Below are positions 56,748 through 64,000 of a stretch of 64,000 nt of DNA, piece by piece. The DNA is from an uncultured Methanosarcinales archaeon (GTDB lineage Archaea > Nanobdellota > Nanobdellia > Woesearchaeales > DATDXC01). The stretch spans positions 63,949 through 127,948 of the forward strand of contig CAZDZV010000001.1 of the NCBI GenBank assembly GCA_964510025.1, given 5' to 3'. The notes beneath the pieces are model-generated. The model saw only the letters and a list, made by a program, of their open reading frames with translations, did not search any database and was not told the origin of the DNA. Each line of letters opens with the position of its first letter. The stretch's first letter is position 1. The translations under genes were made by a program, and so were the position numbers.

Positions 56748-58577
56748 ATGTGCGGCATAGTCGGCTATGTGGGAGAGAGAAAAGCTGCTCAGATACTGGT
56801 GGAAGGCCTGAAAAGGCTCGAATATAGGGGCTATGACTCTGCTGGTATAGCAACTATTAGCAGAGAGGGAATTTTGATAAAAAAGGATATTGGTAGAATA
56901 GAAGATATCAACAGCAGCGTGAAATTCTTTGAGATGGAAGGAACTTCTGGAATATCCCACTGCAGATGGGCCACACATGGAAAGGTAACAAAGGAAAATG
57001 CTCATCCGCACTGTAATTTTGAGAAAACAATCTCTCTCGTCCATAATGGAATAATAGAAAATTATAGCGAGCTTAAGAAAAAGCTGATAAAAAAGGGTTA
57101 CAGGTTCAGCTCTGACACCGATACAGAGGTGATCGTGCACCTTATAGATAGTCTTTATAAGGGAGACCTGAAAGAAGCTGTAGCAAAGGCCTTGGAGAAA
57201 GTAGAAGGCAGCTACGCCTTAGGTGTGATAAGTTCAGAAGAGCCGGGCAGAATTATAGCTTCAAGAAAGGAAAGTCCTCTAGTAATAGGATTAGGCTCCA
57301 ATGAAAATTATATAGCGTCAGATGTGCCGGCTATACTTAAGAATACAAATAAGATAATATATCTTGAAAATGAAGAGGTCGCAGATATCACCAAGGACAA
57401 AGTTGAGGTTTTTGATCTGAGCGGAAAAAGAAAACTGAAAAAAATTGAAACCATAGAATGGGATGCTGAAATGGCAGAAAAGACAGGTTATAAGCATTTT
57501 ATGCTAAAGGAGATTCATGAGCAACCCCGAGCGATAGAGGAGACTGTAAAAGGAAGAATTTTAAACGGTGATCTTAATCTTGGCGAGGAACTGGGGCTTT
57601 CAGCTAAAGAAATAAAGGATATAAAAAGAATTATAATCGTAGCCTGCGGAACCAGCTGGCATGCCGGAATTGTCGGTGAGTTCATGATTGAAGAATTGAC
57701 TAAAATTCCCGTTGAAGTAGAATATGCATCAGAATTCAGGTATCGGGACCCGATAATTGATAAAGGTACAATTGTTATAGCTATTTCACAGAGTGGGGAA
57801 ACTGCTGATACCCTGGCGGCACTAAGAGAGGCAAAAAAGAAGGGAGCGCAGATAATAGCGATCTGCAACGTTAAAGGAAGCTCAATCGCCAGAGAATCAG
57901 ATTCAGTTCTATATACCCATGCTGGCCCGGAGGTAGGTGTAGCGTCCACAAAGGCCTTTACCTGTCAGCTGATCGTGCTTTATCTGCTTACTGTATATTT
58001 TGGGAAAACCAGAGAGATTATACCAAAGGATTATGTCAGGGACAGGATCAGGAACCTAAGAATGCTCCCTTTACAAATGCAGGCTGTATTAGAGGACAGA
58101 GATTATATCAAGTTACACGCTGAAAAGTTTTACAAGGGCAAGAATGCTCTATATCTGGGAAGAGGGATCAACTATCCAATAGCCCTAGAAGGAGCTTTGA
58201 AGCTGAAGGAGATATCTTACATCCATGCAGAGGGTTATCCTGCTGCTGAAATGAAGCATGGACCGATAGCGCTGATAGACAAGGATATGCCTACTGTCGT
58301 AATAGCGATGAGAGATAACAGGACATACAAGAAAGTATTGAGCAACATAGAGGAGATAAAATCCAGGGGAGGCATAGTTATAGCTGTAGCATCAAAAGGA
58401 GACAATGAGATACCAAAGAAGGTGGATCATACGCTATATGTTCCATATAACTCTTATATACTGAATCCTATTCTTGCGGTTATACCCCTGCAGTTATTGG
58501 CTTATTATATCGCTGTAAAAAGAGGGTGCAATGTTGATAAACCTAGAAATCTTGCAAAGAGCGTAACGGTCGAGTAA
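56748..58577 (+). CDS. glmS: Glutamine--fructose-6-phosphate aminotransferase
   Basis: MCGIVGYVG Ntn start, two SIS domains, C-terminal KSVTVE. 609 aa. Confidence 0.9.
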   Translation: MCGIVGYVGERKAAQILVEGLKRLEYRGYDSAGIATISREGILIKKDIGRIEDINSSVKFFEMEGTSGISHCRWATHGKVTKENAHPHCNFEKTISLVHNGIIENYSELKKKLIKKGYRFSSDTDTEVIVHLIDSLYKGDLKEAVAKALEKVEGSYALGVISSEEPGRIIASRKESPLVIGLGSNENYIASDVPAILKNTNKIIYLENEEVADITKDKVEVFDLSGKRKLKKIETIEWDAEMAEKTGYKHFMLKEIHEQPRAIEETVKGRILNGDLNLGEELGLSAKEIKDIKRIIIVACGTSWHAGIVGEFMIEELTKIPVEVEYASEFRYRDPIIDKGTIVIAISQSGETADTLAALREAKKKGAQIIAICNVKGSSIARESDSVLYTHAGPEVGVASTKAFTCQLIVLYLLTVYFGKTREIIPKDYVRDRIRNLRMLPLQMQAVLEDRDYIKLHAEKFYKGKNALYLGRGINYPIALEGALKLKEISYIHAEGYPAAEMKHGPIALIDKDMPTVVIAMRDNRTYKKVLSNIEEIKSRGGIVIAVASKGDNEIPKKVDHTLYVPYNSYILNPILAVIPLQLLAYYIAVKRGCNVDKPRNLAKSVTVE

Positions 58578-58578
58578 C

Positions 58579-59049
58579 ATGATAAAATACAGGAAAGCCA
58601 GAATGGGCGATGCAGAGAAGATAGGTTATGTGCTCAAAGAATGCTATAATATCAAGAGCAAAGAAGAAGGGATCCGTGCCTTTAAGGAAGAAACAGCTAA
58701 AGGCTACAACTATATTGTTGCTGTTAATAATGCAGATATAATCGGACTGACAAGCTGGCAGATGCATGGCCTCCCAAAGCATGGACTGTGTGAACTTGAC
58801 AGGATTGCAGTTCTTGGTAAATTTCGCGGAAGGGGTGTGGCAAAAAAGTTGTTTGAAGCTCTGGTTAAGGCTGCTAAAAGTAGATATAATAAATTTGGGT
58901 ATAGACTTCGAAAATTATATATCTTGACACATGCTGACAACAAAAGGGCGCAAGAATTTTATGAGAAGATGGCCTGCAAGCATGAAACCACATTAAGGCG
59001 GCATTATTATAAGGACGTAGATGAGTTTGTTTTCTCTAGATTCTTCTAG
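58579..59049 (+). CDS. GNAT-family N-acetyltransferase
   Basis: RIAVLGKFRGRGVAKKLFEAL acetyl-CoA binding motif. Confidence 0.65.
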   Translation: MIKYRKARMGDAEKIGYVLKECYNIKSKEEGIRAFKEETAKGYNYIVAVNNADIIGLTSWQMHGLPKHGLCELDRIAVLGKFRGRGVAKKLFEALVKAAKSRYNKFGYRLRKLYILTHADNKRAQEFYEKMACKHETTLRRHYYKDVDEFVFSRFF

Positions 59050-59822
59050 GATATCTTCCTAAAATAACTCAAAAAACCGGTGTGGACATTTTGTGTTGTG
59101 ATTGGCCTAATTTTTCTGTCTTTCACTTCCCAGTCCCTCTTAATGATCTCTGTGGTATTCAGATGAACAAAATTATCCTTTTTCTGTAGACAATTTACCA
59201 AATCTACAGTTTGTGAAATTGAAGGTGAATAATTGACCAGATATCCCCCAACTTTGAGGGCCTTTTCAGCTACGTTAACAGCTTTCCAGGGTGCCGGAAG
59301 ATCCAAGCTTATCATATCGACATTCTTTTCGTCTATGCCCTCCATTATATCCTTGTGCTTGACTACCAAGTTCTCCATTTTCAACTTTTCCTTGTTGGCT
59401 TTTGCAACCTTGTAGAAATCTTCTCTAATTTCATAGGTCGAAACCTTTTTGCATATGTGTGCAAGAAAAATTGCCAGCGCGCCAGAACCTGCCCCTGCAT
59501 CCACCACATTACTGGTCTTGTTTATACCAGTATATGCGATTATCATACCAATATCCTTAAGAGAAATTATCTGGGCGGATCTCCTAATTTTCTTATAGAT
59601 ATCCATGAAATCAGCATCGAGTATATGGAATTCCTTATCCTGGTTTGTAGTAACTGTTGAGCCGTTTTTCTTACCAAAAGATATCTTGTCGATCACGCCT
59701 TCCTGGCAGTGAAAATCCTTGGACAAGTCTTCCACCAGATATTTTCTTGGTTTTGTAGCTGTTATAGTCTTTTTCAGTTCTTCAACAAATTCCTTCTTTT
59801 CTTTTCTTATGAGAGTCTTCAT
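59046..59822 (-). CDS. trmI: tRNA (adenine-N1)-methyltransferase TrmI/Gcd14 family
   Basis: VVDAGAGSGALAIFLA SAM motif, YEIREDF, and DLPAPW exactly as in TrmI. Confidence 0.75.
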   Translation of the reverse strand: MKTLIRKEKKEFVEELKKTITATKPRKYLVEDLSKDFHCQEGVIDKISFGKKNGSTVTTNQDKEFHILDADFMDIYKKIRRSAQIISLKDIGMIIAYTGINKTSNVVDAGAGSGALAIFLAHICKKVSTYEIREDFYKVAKANKEKLKMENLVVKHKDIMEGIDEKNVDMISLDLPAPWKAVNVAEKALKVGGYLVNYSPSISQTVDLVNCLQKKDNFVHLNTTEIIKRDWEVKDRKIRPITTQNVHTGFLSYFRKIS

Positions 59823-59917
59823 CTTAATGAACGGGCCGAAAGGATCGAGCTTAGCCTCCTTGCTTCTCCAATAAATGCCATCTTTGATGCCTTGAACCGC
59901 TCGATTCAGGAATAAAA

Positions 59918-60035
59918 CGGGCCTGGGAAGATTCGAACTCCCGACCTTCAGCTTACTTCTTAGGATAGAAGGCTGCCGCTCTTTTTGTTCCTACAAGCTT
60001 CGCTCAATAGGATATCCAAACTGAGCTACAGGCCC
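59918..60035 (-). tRNA. tRNA-Arg (anticodon UCU) with two putative introns
   Basis: The reverse complement has acceptor GGGCCUG/CAGGCCC, T-arm GGGAG-UUCGAAU-CUUCC, anticodon stem GCAGC/GCUGA with loop CUUCUA+A. The architecture and D-region insert (UCCU..AGGAACAAAAAGAGCG) parallel the tRNA at 10688-10837. Confidence 0.55.
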
Positions 60036-60239
60036 ATAGAGCTGAGAATAAGAGTTTCATATTTAAATCTTATTGTAAAGGCATTTGGGAAGCATCGGTC
60101 ACTTTTTGGGTACATTTTTTCTTTCGTTCCCAATATACCCAGCAGTTCTTTCCAAATTTCTCCCAATTAATACAGCCTTCGCAGCATTTAGGTACTTCTT
60201 CTGCCATAGGTCATGGAAACAAAAATTTATTTAAAAAAT

Positions 60240-61340
60240 TTATGGTAGGAATCTCTTGGGATTCTTAATCTTATCAGGAAGATATTTTTCTATAACGTAA
60301 TTTAAGCCCCATTTTGCCAAAGCCTGCTGTTCGGCCCTGACTTTCATAGTCACTAATTTTTTTATTGCTTTTTGCCATTCCTTATGATGCTGCACAAACG
60401 GATCGTTCTTCACCGCATCCCTGGCACGCTTTATATCCACATCTTTCAATTGATGTGTTGGCAGCTTATAATCTTCGATATCATAGGGCGTAACCCCCAA
60501 AAAGCTTGCATTTGGAACGCAAAAATATTCATTGATGTGTGCTGCATTGCCGGACCCTACTTTCAGAGTCCTGTAGATGTTGAAATAACCGTATGGATCG
60601 CCGTCCGTAAAAACATATACAGGTATTTTCTTATCGTCACTGAGTTTCCGGATAAATCTTCGACAAGCCCTGGTCGGAACCCCGCCCATAGAAACCAGTA
60701 TACAGCTGGCTTTTTTCCAATATTTGTGCTTCACTAGACGCTGGAACATGCCCGCTGTCTCTATAGCAAGAATAAATTTCGCGTCGGTCTGGAACCTAAG
60801 ATGCTCGACTGAGATAGGTATGGAATAAGCACCTGATCCAAACTTTGTACAGTCTATCTTAAGCTGCTTTTTTGTATCCGGATCCTGGTCTATAACTGTT
60901 AATTTTCCGGCAACCTCCCCGCCTTTCTCCTCAGGAATAAATCCCATCTGCTCCCTGTTAACCATAAGCATAGCTTCTACGTCATCCATAACAGAATCTG
61001 ACTCGGTCTGTTCATTGAATTTGGCTTCTTCCCAATTCTTTGAGATATAATAAGCCTCTCTCTTGGATGCGATATCATCTGTGTTGATTAACTGTTTTGA
61101 GAGCGCCATCATCCTTAGTGTCTGGGCAAATGTCTTCACTGTAGCTGCAGTAAGGGTTCTTTCTTTTTTCTTGCCTATCAACTCCAAGTAACCTTCTTTT
61201 GGATCGTATTTAACATTTGATAGTGACCTTAGAGGCATATCCAGCTGAGGCTGTTTTTTTTTCAAGATTTTCTTATAGACTCCCTCTGCAAGATCCTTAA
61301 TCTCCTTTAAAATTGACGTTGCCATCTTATCCTTCTCCAA
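60240..61340 (-). CDS. top6A: DNA topoisomerase VI subunit A (Spo11 homolog)
   Basis: Catalytic-Tyr region KREAYYIS. Toprim motifs ILAIETAG and FTDGDPYG. Confidence 0.85.
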   Translation of the reverse strand: MEKDKMATSILKEIKDLAEGVYKKILKKKQPQLDMPLRSLSNVKYDPKEGYLELIGKKKERTLTAATVKTFAQTLRMMALSKQLINTDDIASKREAYYISKNWEEAKFNEQTESDSVMDDVEAMLMVNREQMGFIPEEKGGEVAGKLTVIDQDPDTKKQLKIDCTKFGSGAYSIPISVEHLRFQTDAKFILAIETAGMFQRLVKHKYWKKASCILVSMGGVPTRACRRFIRKLSDDKKIPVYVFTDGDPYGYFNIYRTLKVGSGNAAHINEYFCVPNASFLGVTPYDIEDYKLPTHQLKDVDIKRARDAVKNDPFVQHHKEWQKAIKKLVTMKVRAEQQALAKWGLNYVIEKYLPDKIKNPKRFLP

Positions 61341-62973
61341 GTTTTGTCTGCTTTTCCTTGCCTATCTTAGCAAATTCTTCATCATACAAAGGATTATTGA
61401 CAGATATCTTCTCAAGCTTGCCCCTTTTCTTCTCCAGAAGCTCCCTAAGCAATTTTTCCACCTTTTCTTCCTCTGTTTTGCTATAGCCTACAAGCTCCAT
61501 GAGGGCATTGGCAACATGGGGTATATATGTCTCTATATAGCTTCGCTTAGCCCCCTCTATCTGTATCCTTCTTTTTTTGTGGATGAATTTTGACAGCTTT
61601 CTTCCGCAGTCCTGCAGAGCTAGTTTAATCTCCTTTATGATCTCGGGATAATGAGCTATAGCTTCTTTGCTTTCTGACGTAAAAGGAACCCAAACAGAGC
61701 CTATATGCACTGCTATTGCGGCTGGACCGGTAGGAAAAGAATTTTTGCTCTGATTAAGGCCGTAGTTCCTCCAGGTAGTCGCTGTAACTGATCTGGATAT
61801 TGCACAAGCTCCTTGCTGATACAGCAGAGGAACCCTATTTGCGTAACGATATACCTTTACTGAATCTTCTGCGCTCAGCTCTCCTCCGTAAGCAATACCA
61901 ACTTCAACTATGAATGGATTGCCCCTGTACACAGATGGTGGCCTTGTGGTTGCGCAGTAAAATTCTGCGTTTATCTCTTTCCTCAGGCCTTTTTCAAGAA
62001 GATCTTCCCCAATAGGGGAGATGCAGTCTGTCGGAGGGGCAATTATCTTTGTTTTTTGTATTCCTTTGTATAGGCTTTCTGCCATCTCCCTGTTAATCTC
62101 CGCTGGCTTTGTTGTGGGCAGAAGGGCTGAATTTTCACATATCTGTTTTGAGGTACCTGGCCCAACCCTTGAAAATTCCTGGGTCAGAAAAGCCTGCAAT
62201 GTCCTTGCTTGGGTATTTTTAAGCATAGATATCAAGAAACCCAATTCCACCCCGTATGGATGGGGCTTAATTTCAACAGTCTGTTTTGGCAGCTGTTCGG
62301 TCGCTCTTGGGAATATTATCTGTTCTGCCCTAGGATTTGTGTATATAATGGTAACGTGCGGATTCACAATAGCTGTCTGCTTAAGATATTGATCTATCGA
62401 TTGTGAGCCGCCTACATAAGAGCCTTCCAGATCAAGCTCTATTCTTGTACCGTGAGGTTTATTCCATTCAACAATCTCTTCCTTGACAATTTCCGGCTTA
62501 TTCTTCTGAGTGTTGATCTTAAGCTCGTAATAATGGGCTTTGCTTTTGTCGCTTATCCTGGATGTTATTTTAGAAGGCTTTCCTGTAGTGAGCTGGGAAT
62601 AAAGTACAGAAGCTGAGATGCCTATGCCCTGCTGTCCCCGGCTCTGACTAAGCTTGAAAAACTTAGATCCATAAAGAAGCCTTGCAAATATGTGCGGTAT
62701 CTGCTTTTTAACGATGCCCGGGCCATTGTCTTCAACGATGACCCTGAACTTATCGTTGCCCAAATCAATAAGCTCCACAGATATCTCAGGCAGTACTCTT
62801 CCATCCTCACAGGCATCGAGGCTGTTGTCAACAGCTTCCTTGATAGTAGTCATCAGAGCCTTCCGCTTGTTGTCAAACCCGAGAAGATGCCGATTTCTGG
62901 CGAAGAATTCTGCTACACCTATCTCTCTCTGCTTTTTTGCCAGCTCCAAGGCTATTGGTGACTCATCTGCCAT
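61327..62973 (-). CDS. top6B: DNA topoisomerase VI subunit B (GHKL ATPase)
   Basis: Bergerat-fold motifs EAVDNSLDA and DNGPGI. Transducer domain. Confidence 0.85.
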   Translation of the reverse strand: MADESPIALELAKKQREIGVAEFFARNRHLLGFDNKRKALMTTIKEAVDNSLDACEDGRVLPEISVELIDLGNDKFRVIVEDNGPGIVKKQIPHIFARLLYGSKFFKLSQSRGQQGIGISASVLYSQLTTGKPSKITSRISDKSKAHYYELKINTQKNKPEIVKEEIVEWNKPHGTRIELDLEGSYVGGSQSIDQYLKQTAIVNPHVTIIYTNPRAEQIIFPRATEQLPKQTVEIKPHPYGVELGFLISMLKNTQARTLQAFLTQEFSRVGPGTSKQICENSALLPTTKPAEINREMAESLYKGIQKTKIIAPPTDCISPIGEDLLEKGLRKEINAEFYCATTRPPSVYRGNPFIVEVGIAYGGELSAEDSVKVYRYANRVPLLYQQGACAISRSVTATTWRNYGLNQSKNSFPTGPAAIAVHIGSVWVPFTSESKEAIAHYPEIIKEIKLALQDCGRKLSKFIHKKRRIQIEGAKRSYIETYIPHVANALMELVGYSKTEEEKVEKLLRELLEKKRGKLEKISVNNPLYDEEFAKIGKEKQTKLGEG

Positions 62974-63512
62974 GCCTGTACCTCTTTTTTCTTCATCTCT
63001 CTTCGCTTTTTTTCCAAGAATTTATAAACATTTGCATGCATACTTCCCTGCAGAAGAAGCTCTACTGATTTTTTTGCGATAGGCGCGCATTCCGCAGTAC
63101 CTATGATAGATATTGTCTTCCCATAAACAGAGATGTAGCACTCAGAAAGCTCTTCGATGAGCCTTCTTGACTTGCCTTCTTTTCCTATAACCCTGCCTTT
63201 AAGCCTGAGGGCAGAGTCTTTAGATTTTCCGCTATATTCCTTTATTTCAATTATCTCTAAGACATAGTCCGGCTTGAGGAGCAGCTGCGCGATTTCCGGA
63301 TTGAAGCCCCTGCCAATGGCCTGTATTATCTCACGCGCGGAGAATAACCCGAGGGCCTCTTCGCCTGATACAAATATATCTCCCTCCTTTGAGTCAACCT
63401 CTATATTTGTCTTCGTATCCTTTTCAATCTCTTTTTTTATTGAGCCTGATTTGCCTATTAGGACAGCTACCCTCTCCTTAGGAATCTTCAGTTCATAGCG
63501 ATATTCAGTCAT
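62952..63512 (-). CDS. KH-domain RNA-binding protein (archaeal Dim2/Pno1-like)
   Basis: Two KH GxxG motifs (IGKSGSI, IGKEGKS). It is adjacent to a RIO kinase, as in many archaea. Confidence 0.6.
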   Translation of the reverse strand: MTEYRYELKIPKERVAVLIGKSGSIKKEIEKDTKTNIEVDSKEGDIFVSGEEALGLFSAREIIQAIGRGFNPEIAQLLLKPDYVLEIIEIKEYSGKSKDSALRLKGRVIGKEGKSRRLIEELSECYISVYGKTISIIGTAECAPIAKKSVELLLQGSMHANVYKFLEKKRREMKKKEVQAWQMSHQ

Positions 63513-63540
63513 GATGACAAATTGGAAAATGGCTGGATTT

Positions 63541-64000
63541 TTAAGTTTTGTTGTTAATCAATCTGATAATTCTTTCTTCGTCATCATATACTTTGATCTT
63601 TCGGAAGAAGGCCAGGACATTCCTAATGTCCCTCTGTAGAAATTCTTGCGCTCTGGGGCTGTTTATAGGCACGCATTGTGAGAAATCTATGAAAACGGGT
63701 TTTTCATCAAAATTTAGTATGTTGAATGAAGATAGGTCAGCGTGCACCAATCCTGCCCTGTACATCCTTACAATATTCTGGATGATGTCATCAAGAAATT
63801 TGAGCGGCTCCTCTGGAGGCTTATCCTTAAGCCGTGGTGCAATCTCGGCTTTTCGTCCTATAAATTCAAGAAGAAGAATATTGTTCTTGAACGTAATCGG
63901 CAAAGGCACGCTAACGTTTCCTGCCCTTGCCTTAAGCAGGTTTCGGTATTCACGCTGAACCCAGGCAAATATTATCTTCCTTTTTTTGCCCCTGAGCCCT
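63541..64000 (-). CDS. RIO-type serine kinase, partial (N-terminus beyond window end)
   Basis: Catalytic loop LVHADLSSFNIL and metal-binding IDFSQ. I translated the frame upstream by hand and it stays open to position 64000 (…WVQREYRNLLKARAGNVSVPLP…). The ORF-track Met at 63909 is actually a GTG codon. Confidence 0.7.
   Translation of the reverse strand, partial: GLRGKKRKIIFAWVQREYRNLLKARAGNVSVPLPITFKNNILLLEFIGRKAEIAPRLKDKPPEEPLKFLDDIIQNIVRMYRAGLVHADLSSFNILNFDEKPVFIDFSQCVPINSPRAQEFLQRDIRNVLAFFRKIKVYDDEERIIRLINNKT

Overview
This window reads as an archaeal chromosomal segment of about 37% GC (estimated by eye), densely coded with many overlapping gene junctions. Archaeal informational genes are clear: family B DNA polymerase, RadA, topoisomerase VI A/B, the S13-S4-S11-RpoD-tRNA-L18e-L13-S9-RpoN cluster, S2, LeuRS, a short tRNA-guanine transglycosylase, TrmI, a KH-domain protein next to a RIO kinase, a TRAM-domain protein, and three tRNAs, two of which carry two introns each. 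The main surprise is a roughly 20 kb block (28.3-48.5 kb) of bacterial-type acyl-lipid metabolism. It holds GpsA, two PlsC-family acyltransferases, biotin carboxylase, BCCP, carboxyltransferase and BirA, FabG-like and FabZ-like enzymes, two archaeal-type thiolases with a DUF35-DUF362 fusion partner, an acyl-CoA dehydrogenase with EtfAB, a thioesterase, and KorABG. A clear homolog of bacterial prolipoprotein diacylglyceryl transferase (Lgt) sits at 11.6-12.4 kb in a membrane/periplasmic-type operon. Other notable items are a 1853-aa secreted subtilase (TSP3 repeats, beta-helix, internal 240-bp near-perfect tandem duplication) paired with a GC-rich Tat-signal Kelch protein, an oxidative-stress island, a TGT flanked by two VUT/YhhQ transporter paralogs, a bacterial-length AspRS, and a compositionally odd orphan gene. 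I saw no rRNA, CRISPR array or obvious transposase. All calls come from motif recognition by eye; I ran no database searches.
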